Positions 35,005 to 46,448 of a DNA stretch of 64,000 nucleotides are shown one piece after another. The notes beneath the pieces are model-generated. The model did no database searches, had not been told where the DNA came from, and saw only the letters and a list, made by a program, of their open reading frames with translations. How positions within the stretch are numbered: position 1 is the stretch's first letter; each line of letters starts with the position of its first letter. Both the position numbers and the translations under genes were made by a program. The DNA is taken from the NCBI RefSeq assembly GCF_055900595.2, contig NZ_CM148325.1; one strand, 5' to 3'.

Positions 35005-36312
35005 TTATTTGCTGCTGTCCGGGCCGCGCTCACCGGTTGCTACGGGATTTTTCGGATCGCTGCTCCATTCGTACCAGCCGCCGTCGTAAACGGAGACGTT
35101 ATTCCAGCCCATTGCTCGTGCGTACATAAAGGTTTCGGACGCGCGCCAGCCGGTGCCGCAGTAGAATGAAACTTGCTGATCTGGTTTGATATTCCATGCT
35201 TTCCACATAGCGGCAATATCATCGGCGCTACGCATGGTGCCATCCGGGTTATGGAAATCCTCCATATGCGTCGAGTCGCTACCAGCGTGTCCCCAACGGG
35301 CTCCGGCTATTTCACCTTTTGGCTTAATATAGCTGTAACCACTGGTCGTACCGATAAATTCTGGCCACGAACGAATGCTCACCAGCGATGCATCCTGGCG
35401 ATGCAGCAGCCCACGGGCCTGTTCCATATCAAGCATCAACTGCGGTTGCGCCGGGATCTTCACGCCGAAATCCGGTTCAGCTTTCACTTTCGGTGGCGTT
35501 CCGCGCTCAACAGGCAGTCCCGCGTCGGACCAGGTTTGCCAGCCGCCGTCCAGCAGGCGCACATCTTTCACCCCTGCATAGAGCATAATCTGTGCTACAC
35601 GCGCTGCTGCGTATACATCACGACCATATAGAATCACCGTGGTGTCATGACGAATGCCATGCTTTGCCAGCATCGCTTTCAGTTGTTCATCAGAGACTTT
35701 ATTCCACAGCGGTTCGCTTTCCACTTCATTGGTATCGATGTAATCCGCGCCGGGAATATGGCTGATAAGGTAAAGCTTAGGAGCGCCCCAGGCCGCTTCA
35801 ATGACTTTCCAGTCACCGGCAGGTTTCGCCGTAACCTCTTTACCCTGTTGCAGGTCATGCAGCCATTGCGGATAAACCAGCTGCTCAAAGTGCGGCAGTT
35901 TTTGCAGATGGGAAGGTTCGCTTAGCGCGTCACTCAGGATGGAGATATGCGTAAAACCTGCTTTTTGCAGTCGCGTTTTGACGGCGTCGACATCTTTGTC
36001 ATTACCGTACAGCGCCACCGGAGCGTCGGTTTTCAGGTTATGTTGCTTGATCCACGCGTTGAGCTGTTCGGTGCTCATTTTGTCGAGCCAGCTAGCAGAG
36101 AGGTTTAAGGCGGCAGGTTCATGACCAGAAGGGCCATTTAAGGTTTGTGGCCAGCCGTTATAAAACGCGCTGGGGCGAGTATCTATCGCTTTGCCATTTT
36201 GTTGTTGAAGCTGGTCAAGTGTAAGAGGCTTCGCCAGTTCAGCGGCCCACGAAGAAGCGCAAGCCAGCCCTAAAGCCATTGCCAGCGCGGTCATTTGAGA
36301 AACACGTTTCAT
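35005..36312 (-). CDS. ynjE: Periplasmic thiosulfate sulfurtransferase (triple rhodanese)
   Basis: ORF track 35005-36327 trimmed to MKRVSQMTALAMALGLA (435 aa); catalytic CGTGWR loop. Confidence 0.88.
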   Translation of the reverse strand: MKRVSQMTALAMALGLACASSWAAELAKPLTLDQLQQQNGKAIDTRPSAFYNGWPQTLNGPSGHEPAALNLSASWLDKMSTEQLNAWIKQHNLKTDAPVALYGNDKDVDAVKTRLQKAGFTHISILSDALSEPSHLQKLPHFEQLVYPQWLHDLQQGKEVTAKPAGDWKVIEAAWGAPKLYLISHIPGADYIDTNEVESEPLWNKVSDEQLKAMLAKHGIRHDTTVILYGRDVYAAARVAQIMLYAGVKDVRLLDGGWQTWSDAGLPVERGTPPKVKAEPDFGVKIPAQPQLMLDMEQARGLLHRQDASLVSIRSWPEFIGTTSGYSYIKPKGEIAGARWGHAGSDSTHMEDFHNPDGTMRSADDIAAMWKAWNIKPDQQVSFYCGTGWRASETFMYARAMGWNNVSVYDGGWYEWSSDPKNPVATGERGPDSSK

Positions 36313-36378
36313 CGAAAATCCCGACATTGTAGTTTTGAGTGCGCCATTCTGAACTGACGCATTGGGAAAAACTTTGCG

Positions 36379-37032
36379 TTATCGCAGTTTGTTGTAATTT
36401 TCTGACCACTGCGCCATATCCAGAACAGAACTATCAGCAGGAACATCCTGGAGATCGTGCGTTACCTGAACGACGGGGATCGCCAGTTCGCGAACTTCGC
36501 TGAACACCCACTGGCGAAAATTATCGCGCAGAGCCACATCAAGACGGCTGAACGGCTCATCCAGTATTAACGCTTTAGGCTGGGCGAGAAGGGCACGTAG
36601 CAAGGCTACCCGCGCTCGCTGGCCGCCCGATAATGTCGCCGGATCCTGATGAAAAGTTCCGCCAAGCCCTGTCCGTTCAAGCGCATCATTTACTGCATTG
36701 TGCCTTGCAGCCCCTTTCAGTGTCGCCGGTAGCGCCAGCAATAAATTTTGCCCGACGCTGAACTGGTCAAATAACAGCGCATCCTGGAAAAGAATGCCAA
36801 TCTGACGCTGTGCGGTGGGTAGCATGTCAATCCGTTGCTCATTGAGCCATAGCTCACCTGTACAAGAAAACTGTCCTGCCAGCGCACCAATCATCCATGA
36901 AAACAGAGAAGATTTACCACAGCCTGAGGGACCCATTAACGTGACAATGTCACCTTTATTGACCGTAAAGTTAACGTTTGTCAGCAAAGGCCTTTCAGGC
37001 AAACGTAGCGAAACATCTTTCACGCAGAGCAT
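36379..37032 (-). CDS. ynjD: ABC transporter ATP-binding protein
   Basis: ORF track 36379-37119 trimmed to MLCVKDVSLRL (217 aa); Walker A GPSGCGKSS and LSGGQ signature. Confidence 0.85.
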   Translation of the reverse strand: MLCVKDVSLRLPERPLLTNVNFTVNKGDIVTLMGPSGCGKSSLFSWMIGALAGQFSCTGELWLNEQRIDMLPTAQRQIGILFQDALLFDQFSVGQNLLLALPATLKGAARHNAVNDALERTGLGGTFHQDPATLSGGQRARVALLRALLAQPKALILDEPFSRLDVALRDNFRQWVFSEVRELAIPVVQVTHDLQDVPADSSVLDMAQWSENYNKLR

Positions 37033-38567
37033 TAGCGGAGTCCTTGTCTGACATAACCTACCCATTTTGCAAGCAGGGCGGTCAGGGCAAAAATAATAAG
37101 CGGCAACAGTAGTTGCCATAAAGCCTGGGCGGCGAGAATGCCGTTGCTGCCGCCGCTGCTTAATGCCACCGCTTCAGTGGTGAGTGTCGGAAAACGCCCC
37201 GCGCCCAGCCACAGCGTCGGCATATACTGCGCAATACTGACTGAAAATCCCACCGCGAAGGTAATCAGCGCAGGGCGCAACATGAGTGGGCATTTCACGT
37301 AAAAGAAGATTTTGGCCCGCGACCAGCCCAGTGTTTGCGCAATCAAAATTAACCGTGAATCAATGCGCTGCCAGGCGGGTTGCAGGATAAACAGCATCCA
37401 CGGCATTACCCACAGCAGATGCCCCCAGACCACCGCTGTCCAGCTCCCATCTATGTTCAGCCATAGCGCCAGCATGTACTGGCCCGCCACCAGCGGCAGA
37501 GCGGGTAACAATATGGGCAACCATAGCCAGAATTGCCTCCGTAGTGATCCCCATTCCAGCCAGGCCAGTAACAGGATTAAAGCGAGAAACGTCGCGGTAA
37601 GTCCCATCGTCAGGCTGTTGATGAGCGCTTCACTATTGATCGTCGACTGATCCGCGAGGATCGCCAGCAGAGCCACACAGAGCACACCGGTTAAGGGTAA
37701 AAAAATCGCCAGTGTATTACCGGGTAATAAAGGCGTGGCGTGCTTACGAACGCCATCTTCCTGGGGGATCGTGCGTCGCCAGGCGCGCCATAACAGATAA
37801 CCCAGCAAAACGTAGGCGGCGAGTAACAGCATCAGCAGCAGGCTGGCAAGCGCGCCTTTTGTCTGTTGGTCAATGCCACCCTGGGTTAGCCACTGCCAGC
37901 TAATTACCGCCAGCGTCGGTGGATTACCCGGCCCGAGAATAATTGCCACATCCACGACCGACAACGACCATGCCACAATAGCCAGCATCGCCATTGCCAG
38001 TGCAGGCGCGACGGAGGGCAACAACAACCAGTTCAGACATTGCCAGCGGCTGTAGCCCAGCGAATCCAGTACAATAACCTGCTGCAACAGCCGTTTCTCG
38101 CTCAATACTGCCGCTAAGATCCACAGCAGAAATGCGCTTTCTTTCACCGCCAGGGTAAGGCCCAGCCCAATACCCAATTTATCCATCGGCGGAGTGAGAA
38201 AAGGAAAAACCTGATAAACCAGGCCACCTTCAGCAAACAGCAACAGGGCGCTGGTGGCAAAAGCCACATGGGGAATGGCGAGCAGCCACGGCAGACGGGC
38301 GCACATACGCTGCCATTTCGGCCCAGGCCACAGCGCCATAATTACCAGCAGGGCAATCGTCAATGCGCCGAGCGCCGCGATGGTTGTTGACACCAGTGTT
38401 GCCAGTAAGGCCTGCGGTAGCTGCGGATCGGCAAATAACGCCTGCCAGTGTGCCAACGACAAAGCAGGCGATATCAGCGTGAGAGCTGCCGGGATCAGCG
38501 GTGAATAAATCACCACCACCATCGCCCACAGCAACAAGATTAATGCGTACCGTAACGGCGTAGCCAT
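37032..38567 (-). CDS. ynjC: ABC transporter permease (fused double permease)
   Basis: 511-aa polytopic ORF; stop overlaps ynjD start by 1 nt. Confidence 0.85.
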   Translation of the reverse strand: MATPLRYALILLLWAMVVVIYSPLIPAALTLISPALSLAHWQALFADPQLPQALLATLVSTTIAALGALTIALLVIMALWPGPKWQRMCARLPWLLAIPHVAFATSALLLFAEGGLVYQVFPFLTPPMDKLGIGLGLTLAVKESAFLLWILAAVLSEKRLLQQVIVLDSLGYSRWQCLNWLLLPSVAPALAMAMLAIVAWSLSVVDVAIILGPGNPPTLAVISWQWLTQGGIDQQTKGALASLLLMLLLAAYVLLGYLLWRAWRRTIPQEDGVRKHATPLLPGNTLAIFLPLTGVLCVALLAILADQSTINSEALINSLTMGLTATFLALILLLAWLEWGSLRRQFWLWLPILLPALPLVAGQYMLALWLNIDGSWTAVVWGHLLWVMPWMLFILQPAWQRIDSRLILIAQTLGWSRAKIFFYVKCPLMLRPALITFAVGFSVSIAQYMPTLWLGAGRFPTLTTEAVALSSGGSNGILAAQALWQLLLPLIIFALTALLAKWVGYVRQGLR

Positions 38568-39709
38568 TCTTGTTCCAGCGCATTTACCCAGCCAGCATGC
38601 GGTTCCGCCAGTACCGGCGGCAGATCCTGCGGCATTCTTGATTGTAAAGTTTCACGCTGCCCGGCAGGCAGTTTTTGTGGATCGAGAACCGATGGATCAC
38701 CCCAGACAGCAGGATCTGCCTTACGTAGCTGTGCATCAGGTGAGAGCAGGAAATTGGCAACCACCTTCGCCGCAGCACTGGCATTCGCGTTGGCAGGAAC
38801 GGTGACGAAATGCACGTTGCCAATCATCCCCTCGCGAAAGCCAAAACTGTAACTGCTTGCTGGCAAATCGCCACTGGCGATTTTTTGCTGGGCATGTGCA
38901 GGATTAAAGGTCAGCGACAGGCGCAATGTGCCAGTTTTCAGCAGAGCATCCATCCGCGCGGGCGAAGGTGGGAAATCCTTTCCTTCGCGCCATAGATACG
39001 GATGCAGCGCATCAAGATATTGCCACAAGGGCGCAGTGATACGGGCGAAAGTCGCATCGTTCGGCGCTTTCTTTAATGCTGCGGGATCTGGCGTCAGCAT
39101 AATCAGTAACTGTTCAAGAAATGCGGTGCCAGTAAAGTCTGGCGGGCGCGGATAGGTAACCGTGCCAGGATTGGCTTTAGCGAATTCCAGTAAGGCTTGC
39201 GGTGTTTGTGGTGGCAGTGGCGTAACATCGCGGCGGGCGATAAACGTCAGTTGTGCGCCGCCCCAGGGCGATTCAGCCCCTTCTGTAGGCACTGAAAAAT
39301 CTTCCCGCACCGGCAGCTGTGTGTCGATATAGCGCCAGTTGGGCAGAGTCTCCGCCCAGCCTGTTTGTAATAAATTAGCCTCTTTTAAGGTGCGGAAGTT
39401 TTCGCCGTTCACCCAGAGCAGATCCACCGAACCGCCTGTTTTGCGCCCGGCAGCAGCTTCGGTCTGAATGCGCTTCACCGCGTCTGCGGCATCCGCCAGG
39501 CGGACAATCTTCAGGTTTATATCATAATGGGTTTTCATCTCGCCGCTAACCCAGTCGAGATAGCGGTTAATTGCGGTATCGCCGCCCCAGGCGTTAAACC
39601 AGACGGTTTGCCCTTTGGCCTCATTTTTAACTTCCTGCCAGTCACTGGCATGTGTTGCCAGAGAAAACAGCGATAACAATCCCAGCAACCACCCACAATG
39701 GCGCATCAT
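38540..39709 (-). CDS. ynjB: ABC transporter periplasmic substrate-binding protein
   Basis: 389-aa ORF with signal peptide; overlaps ynjC start. Confidence 0.85.
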   Translation of the reverse strand: MMRHCGWLLGLLSLFSLATHASDWQEVKNEAKGQTVWFNAWGGDTAINRYLDWVSGEMKTHYDINLKIVRLADAADAVKRIQTEAAAGRKTGGSVDLLWVNGENFRTLKEANLLQTGWAETLPNWRYIDTQLPVREDFSVPTEGAESPWGGAQLTFIARRDVTPLPPQTPQALLEFAKANPGTVTYPRPPDFTGTAFLEQLLIMLTPDPAALKKAPNDATFARITAPLWQYLDALHPYLWREGKDFPPSPARMDALLKTGTLRLSLTFNPAHAQQKIASGDLPASSYSFGFREGMIGNVHFVTVPANANASAAAKVVANFLLSPDAQLRKADPAVWGDPSVLDPQKLPAGQRETLQSRMPQDLPPVLAEPHAGWVNALEQEWLRRYGTH

Positions 39710-39936
39710 CTCTCCTTAGGAATAAAACTAGATGTATAATCTATTGTTTTTTCATTTGTTGTTTTGTTTGTGTTTTTTAGGGGCCACCAATAAGGCCCCT
39801 TGCGCAGTTCGAATTCTTCTGGTGCTATTTTTCCTCTTTTTTCTGTCTTCCTCCATTATTCTGTTTGACTCGATGTTCTGTATTACGAAATCGAATTAGA
39901 GGGCAGATACTTAGAAATTACCAGTTCAGCTTTCCA

Positions 39937-40722
39937 TTAGTTCCGGATGTTTAAACGTGATATGCGCGGAGCCCTTCTTAAAGTATCTGATACTGAACAT
40001 CTCATCTTCATAGCACTCTTTACCCTGAACAGACTGGATGTGCCATCCTGATGAATGGTTATGTTTTTCCCGTTGCCGGGGATGGGGGTGCCGCTGAACA
40101 GATGTAGCATTCTTTCCAGGTCGGCGAGTCGGTCAGTCTGTTGTCCGGTGATAAGATGAAATCCCCACCGGTCCCATCTCACCAGATTGTTGATAATGAT
40201 TTTACTTCCAAATTTACAGGGAGAGTTGGTTTTATAATTCCAGCTCAGTTCCCTGAAGACGTTAATCACTCCCCGCTTAAACACCTCATCCTTGTTCTGG
40301 TGCACTTGTTCAAATGTGCTCAGAATGTTCGCTTCGCTGATTTCCTGAAAATTATCGTACTCCAGTGAGCGGTACCATGTATCACGGGCCTGTGCATCCA
40401 TTAAGGAAAGCATCCCTGAACGTTGCATCAGGTCACGCCAGATTTCACGGTCAAGGTTGCGGGTAATGGCTTTCATTGCGGTTTCCTGTTTCTCCTTCAG
40501 CCAGCAGCCACAGCGAAAATCCTGTTTCATGGCCCAGTCCGGGGCGGTTTTACCTCCAATACTTTCCGTCAGAATTGAGATTTTAGCCAGTTGCCGGATA
40601 AGTGTGTCGATTGGCAACAGTGTACTCTTTCGTACAGCCAGAATGTGGCAGACTGAGGTGGAACAGATAACGTCCGTATGCCCGCTGACCACCTCCGGGC
40701 GGGAGAGTGTGGTATCTGACAT
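39937..40722 (-). CDS. Hypothetical protein, first gene of the island next to the core junction
   Basis: 261-aa ORF, separated from the upstream YeeW-like gene by a hairpin terminator; no family recognised from sequence alone. Confidence 0.45.
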   Translation of the reverse strand: MSDTTLSRPEVVSGHTDVICSTSVCHILAVRKSTLLPIDTLIRQLAKISILTESIGGKTAPDWAMKQDFRCGCWLKEKQETAMKAITRNLDREIWRDLMQRSGMLSLMDAQARDTWYRSLEYDNFQEISEANILSTFEQVHQNKDEVFKRGVINVFRELSWNYKTNSPCKFGSKIIINNLVRWDRWGFHLITGQQTDRLADLERMLHLFSGTPIPGNGKNITIHQDGTSSLFRVKSAMKMRCSVSDTLRRAPRISRLNIRN

Positions 40723-40756
40723 AATCGTTTTTCCTTTTTGCAGATAAATGAAAACG

Positions 40757-40785
40757 CCAGCTCTGTTCAGGCTGGCGTCAGGAGA
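40757..40785 (-). terminator. Rho-independent terminator after the YeeW-like gene
   Basis: Minus-strand hairpin acgccagcctgaacagagctggcgt followed by a T-rich tract. Confidence 0.45.
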
Positions 40786-40806
40786 ATGAAGTCTGGTGAG
40801 TGAGAT

Positions 40807-41232
40807 TCACCGGTTCTGGTGCAGAAGTTGCAGTTGGTGCAGGGTACGGATATCCTCCCTGGCCTGTTCGATACAGGGCAACAATGCTGCCGAATCCGTT
40901 TTATCCTCATCGTTGTCGAAAATAATTCCGGACCCGCAGTCGATATTGTCCTGCAGCCACGCAATGAGGATATCCAGCGCTGTTTCAGTGGTTAATGGCA
41001 TCACGCTCTGTATCACTGTATTGTCTTCCGGCAACTGATGAGAGCTGGCAGAAGTCGCCGGTGTTTCGGTAGCGTCACGTTCATCCACCACGCGGAGTGA
41101 ATAACCGTATTCAGCGACCTTGTTAATCAGTTCAGTGAGCTCAACACCATCAATGTCAACGACAATTCGCCCTATATTCAGTGCCTGTACGTTAACGCTG
41201 TCTGCTTCCAATGTCAGGGCCAGTTTCATCAT
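40807..41232 (-). CDS. YeeW-like protein following the CbtA-type toxin
   Basis: 141-aa acidic ORF whose start overlaps the toxin stop (ATGA); position matches yeeW in CP4-type islands. Confidence 0.6.
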   Translation of the reverse strand: MMKLALTLEADSVNVQALNIGRIVVDIDGVELTELINKVAEYGYSLRVVDERDATETPATSASSHQLPEDNTVIQSVMPLTTETALDILIAWLQDNIDCGSGIIFDNDEDKTDSAALLPCIEQAREDIRTLHQLQLLHQNR

Positions 41233-41603
41233 TTCGCCTCCGGATACTTACCCAGGGTAATGTTATTTACCGTTCTGTAATTGTCGCGGGTCATCAGGCC
41301 GGTCGCCCTGCGAGCCCGGAGGATATCGATGCTGTTTATTAACTGAGAGCGGGTACAGGCGCTGAATCCCGGCTGGTCGGTACGCACCAGCGCGTATTTT
41401 TCCACGAGAAAGTTCACCGCATCACACAGTGAAATGCCTGCCTCAATATGCAGCTCAATCACGCGTTCATCCGCGAACGGTGTGTCATTCAGCGTAAGGC
41501 TGTAATGCTGGTCCAGTAACCGGGTGAGCAGTGTCTGCCAGATGGTGACGGGAGACGGGCAACACGATGCCTCCCGTACATGCGTGTCGGGTAATGTTTT
41601 CAT
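41229..41603 (-). CDS. CbtA/YkfI/YpjF-family toxin (type IV toxin-antitoxin)
   Basis: 124-aa [40 protein letters not shown] sequence typical of the CbtA family. Confidence 0.8.
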   Translation of the reverse strand: MKTLPDTHVREASCCPSPVTIWQTLLTRLLDQHYSLTLNDTPFADERVIELHIEAGISLCDAVNFLVEKYALVRTDQPGFSACTRSQLINSIDILRARRATGLMTRDNYRTVNNITLGKYPEAK

Positions 41604-41692
41604 AATGAAGATTTTCCTGATATGCAGAGATAAAAAATGGGACAGTGGCGTGGTGAAAACACCAGGCCGGAGCAGAAGATTATTCTGATGAT

Positions 41693-42061
41693 TTACTTTT
41701 TCGTTTCGGGCGTCGGATAAACAGCCAGATAAACGTAACCACAGGAGCCGAGGGTGTCGGCTTCACAGGTCAGCCCCTTCGCATACAGTGTCACGGTATG
41801 CTGATGGCGGGGATTCAGTTCACCGCTGGTGAGCATGAGCTCCAGTTGTTTCATCGGCAGCGGAAAGGCCTGGTCCGGATGGTACGCATCCGCATCTCTG
41901 AACCGGCCTCTGATACCGGCACGGTCGGCAAGGTAATGCAACCGGTTACCCTCCTGCACCAGACGTGCCCCGAAACAGGGCGTCACGGTGCAGGGCAGTC
42001 CCCACCAGAGGCGGTCGTGATTGTCGTCGTGATGCGTTGTCCCGGGGAGTGTGTCTGACAC
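41693..42061 (-). CDS. CbeA/YafW/YfjZ-family antitoxin
   Basis: GTG start at 42061 (GAGGA upstream) gives 122 aa [38 protein letters not shown]...; ORF-track version carries an upstream extension. Confidence 0.8.
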   Translation of the reverse strand: MSDTLPGTTHHDDNHDRLWWGLPCTVTPCFGARLVQEGNRLHYLADRAGIRGRFRDADAYHPDQAFPLPMKQLELMLTSGELNPRHQHTVTLYAKGLTCEADTLGSCGYVYLAVYPTPETKK

Positions 42062-42110
42062 GATAAAATCCTCACAGAAAATCGTTGAATGATAGTTTAA
42101 CTTTGACAGG

Positions 42111-42755
42111 TCAGCCGGTGCGCAGACCGGCTTCGGTGAAGGTGTATTCGTTGATGAGAAGGGCCTCATCCACAGGGGCATCTGAGGTCAGCCTGTTGTG
42201 CTCGTTTTCCAGTTGACGGTACAGCCATAAGGCCAGGTCGCGCAGGGCTTCGCTGACAGCGGCTTCCGCATCTGTTGTCATAGTCTGACCAGTCGGACTG
42301 TTCCGGGTAACAGTGATATCCATGCTGTACGGATGGCAGTAGCGTCCCCGGCGGTGGATTTCAGCCTGCAGTTGCCAGAAGTTACGCTTCTGCACCGCCT
42401 GCAGGGCATCCGCGATACGATGGAGTTCATGCTCCTGTGGGGCATACTTCCGGATTATCCGGGCTGTCGCCGGCTGCCAGTGCCAGCGTCCTTCAAAACA
42501 GGCTCCGTCCCCCTGGCTGCAGCATCCGCTGAACCAGATGCACGGCTCTTCCATAAACCTGCCGTTGCTGAGCCGGAAAACGCGCTGGCGGAGGTCAATT
42601 CCGAAAATGTCACAGACCGCCCTGAAGTCCTCATACACGTTTTCATACCAGTTGCTGTCAGCATGATGCTGACGGTACCCGTCGCGGGCTTTTCCCCGTA
42701 CCGGGCAGGAAAGTTCATCCAGCGTATACACTGTGATGGTGATAATGCTGCTCAT
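42111..42755 (-). CDS. Hypothetical cysteine-rich 214-aa protein inserted between the DUF987 and antitoxin genes
   Basis: ORF with RBS AAAGGGGA; contains CIWFSGCCSQGDGACFEGRWHW cluster; no family recognised. Confidence 0.5.
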   Translation of the reverse strand: MSSIITITVYTLDELSCPVRGKARDGYRQHHADSNWYENVYEDFRAVCDIFGIDLRQRVFRLSNGRFMEEPCIWFSGCCSQGDGACFEGRWHWQPATARIIRKYAPQEHELHRIADALQAVQKRNFWQLQAEIHRRGRYCHPYSMDITVTRNSPTGQTMTTDAEAAVSEALRDLALWLYRQLENEHNRLTSDAPVDEALLINEYTFTEAGLRTG

Positions 42756-42773
42756 CAGAATCCCCTTTCTGAT

Positions 42774-42995
42774 TCAGTTCAGGGTGACGCTCATCAGCCG
42801 GACATACGGGCCAAAACTGTCCTTACGGCGTTCAGCAAACACGGCCAGCACACCGGGAATATCCTGTACTTCACGACCGGTATACGTCTCAGCACTGCCG
42901 TGCCAGCGGTACTTACCGGTGCAGAACGGAAATAGACGGGATGCAGGATGCTGTTGGTGAATACGCATGGCTTCACCACGGGTGATAATTTTCAT
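42774..42995 (-). CDS. DUF987-family protein (YeeT/YkfH-like)
   Basis: 73-aa ORF MKIITRGEAMRIHQQHPASRLFPF; canonical position between radC-like and antitoxin genes. Confidence 0.7.
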   Translation of the reverse strand: MKIITRGEAMRIHQQHPASRLFPFCTGKYRWHGSAETYTGREVQDIPGVLAVFAERRKDSFGPYVRLMSVTLN

Positions 42996-43408
42996 AATGG
43001 GATACCTCTGAAGACAGAAGATAAAAGTGAAAACAGGTGTGATGTGGTTGTGACGGGTTAAAGCAGACCATGTTCGGCAAAGGAGAAAACCTGGCTGCCA
43101 CCGACTATCAGATGGTCCGGCACCCGGATATCCACCAGGCCCAGTGCCTGTACCAGACGTTCCGTGATAAGGCGGTCTGCCTTGCTGGGTGTGACTTCAC
43201 CGGACGGGTGATTGTGCGCCAGCACCACGGCAGCGGCATTGTGGTACAGGGCGCGTTTAATCACTTCCCGGGGATGGACTTCCGTGCGGTTGATGGTGCC
43301 GGTGAAGAGGGTTTCACCGGCAATCAGCTGATTCTGGTTGTTCAGATACAGCACCCGGAATTCTTCACGCTCCAGTCCCGCCATGTTCAGAATCAGCCAT
43401 TGTAGTGG

Positions 43409-44659
<1,251 letters not shown>

Positions 44660-44810
44660 ATTCCCGTGCCGCATGCGTGGAGGTGAAGGCCACGCCGGGT
44701 TCATGAAGATGGCGGTCCAGGGCTTTCAGGGCCCGCTGAATGAGGCTGCGCTCTCTGGTTGTCATTTCTCCGGGCAGAAAGGAAATCTGTTGCATTGTTC
44801 CGGCCCCCTT

Positions 44811-45290
44811 TCAGTCAATGATGCGCATAATGGCGCTGCATTCCGGATGCTGCAGGGCGTAATCCCGCAGACGGTAATAATGAACCGTCATGGCATAACA
44901 CTCCGTACGGCAGGCGTGATGACTGTACGTCATCAGACAGGCAGCAATGCCGGCGGCTTCCGGGCTCATTTCAGCGCGGTTACCGTTCATGGCATTGAAC
45001 AGTACCCATGTTTCGTCATCATCATCATCCGGTTCGGGGGCCATAAATGCCCCGCCGTTGTTCAGGGTGTACAGATTCCAGATACCACCGCAGTAGTCTT
45101 CGCACAGACGGTCCATCCAGCCGAAGACACGGGGCTCCAGGGTCACCCACTGTGGAATGAGGCCAAAATGCTGCGGCCAGAAGCTGATGCGCTGTTCATC
45201 AGGGACGAGGCTGGCAACCAACTGAGGCGGATTATTCTCTGGTGTTGTAGCTGAATAAATTGTGGGGGTATTCTGAGAAACGGTTTTCAT
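44811..45290 (-). CDS. Antirestriction protein (KlcA/ArdB-like)
   Basis: 159-aa ORF with acidic stretch EPDDDDDE and the conserved C-terminus recalled for YfjX/YafX-type antirestriction proteins. Confidence 0.75.
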   Translation of the reverse strand: MKTVSQNTPTIYSATTPENNPPQLVASLVPDEQRISFWPQHFGLIPQWVTLEPRVFGWMDRLCEDYCGGIWNLYTLNNGGAFMAPEPDDDDDETWVLFNAMNGNRAEMSPEAAGIAACLMTYSHHACRTECYAMTVHYYRLRDYALQHPECSAIMRIID

Positions 45291-45371
45291 GAGATAACGC
45301 CTTAAATAACAAATAAATGTGTGTTTTTCAGGAACGAAAGCTGAATGATTCCCTCACTCAGGGAAACGGCA

Positions 45372-46190
45372 TCAGCGCATGCTCTCCAGCAGCGTTTCTG
45401 CCATCACCCACAATGCGCGGTTGAGTTTTATATCGGTATCAATGCTGTGAATGGCCCGGGTATGGATACGTTTTCCTTTTGCACTGCGACCGGAAATCCC
45501 GCCTTTCAGCATATTCTCCTGGATGGTCTGATAAGCACTCCACAGGTCCTTACCGTAATCCTCCCGGCGTCGTGGTGTCAGAATGTCGGCGGTGGTGACG
45601 GGCTGATGTTCGTCACCATAACGGTAAGTCAGTGCCGCCTGTGCCAGCGCCTGGCGTGCCGGTGGCGGCAGGACCAGCGACTGCATGGCATCACGCTTCT
45701 CCTCTATCCGGTCAAACACGCCCACCACCTCGTAAGCCCCTTCAATGACTCTGTCCACCACATTTCCCCGGTGCGGAACACGCACTTCCCCCAGAGACTG
45801 ACCGCAGACGCATCCGTTCTGGCAGACGAACCTGAAGTAACCCGGCAGCATCTGGTAGCTGGAGGTACCGTCATGGGAGTTCAGCAGGATGATTTCAGGG
45901 ACATGTTGTCCGTTTATCTCCCCGTCACGGCGCAGACGCAGCATGTGTTTGGTATACCCCCGGCGGCCCGGGTCACGTACGCGGGTCTGGCAGGCGAAGA
46001 ATGGCTGAAAGCCTTCCCGCTGCAGGCTTTCCAGCACGGTGATGGTGGGGATGTATGTATAGTTCCGGCTCCGGGAGGTGTGTTTATCTTCCCCGAAAAT
46101 CCCGGGCACATGGTGCATCAGCTCTTCACGGGTCAGCGGACGGTCACGGCGTATCTGGTTCGCATAACCAAAACGACTGGCTAATCGCAT
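45372..46190 (-). CDS. DUF932-family protein (YafZ/YfjQ-like)
   Basis: 272-aa ORF MRLASRFGYANQIRRDRPLTREELMHHVPGIFGEDKHTSRS. Confidence 0.75.
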   Translation of the reverse strand: MRLASRFGYANQIRRDRPLTREELMHHVPGIFGEDKHTSRSRNYTYIPTITVLESLQREGFQPFFACQTRVRDPGRRGYTKHMLRLRRDGEINGQHVPEIILLNSHDGTSSYQMLPGYFRFVCQNGCVCGQSLGEVRVPHRGNVVDRVIEGAYEVVGVFDRIEEKRDAMQSLVLPPPARQALAQAALTYRYGDEHQPVTTADILTPRRREDYGKDLWSAYQTIQENMLKGGISGRSAKGKRIHTRAIHSIDTDIKLNRALWVMAETLLESMR

Positions 46191-46448
46191 ACTTTGCTCC
46201 TTATCAGTGGTTAAGACTGAATGACGTAATCAATGAAAAAGCCGCGTCTCACGGAGAAGACGCGGCCTGATGGATGAAATGAATGAGGGTTTACCGAAGC
46301 CCTTCAGCATTGTGGTGACGCAACCGGAAATGCGTTCCCTGATCATCTTCAATAAGCACATTGCGGTAAGCTGTTGTGACAGCCATCGCCTGTTCGCGTG
46401 AGAAAGGGCCTTCGGGCAATAAAACAGGGTGACAGTCCGACATACCGG

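Noticed and set aside
39780-39799. Hairpin ggggccaccaataaggcccc as a terminator at the island junction
   Set aside because: No T-tract follows it on either strand, so it is not a canonical intrinsic terminator.
42333-42935. 200-aa plus-strand ORF across the toxin-antitoxin region
   Set aside because: Antisense to the DUF987 and 214-aa genes and lacks an RBS.
45345-46184. 279-aa plus-strand ORF
   Set aside because: Antisense to the DUF932 gene in a GC-rich region where long shadow ORFs are expected.
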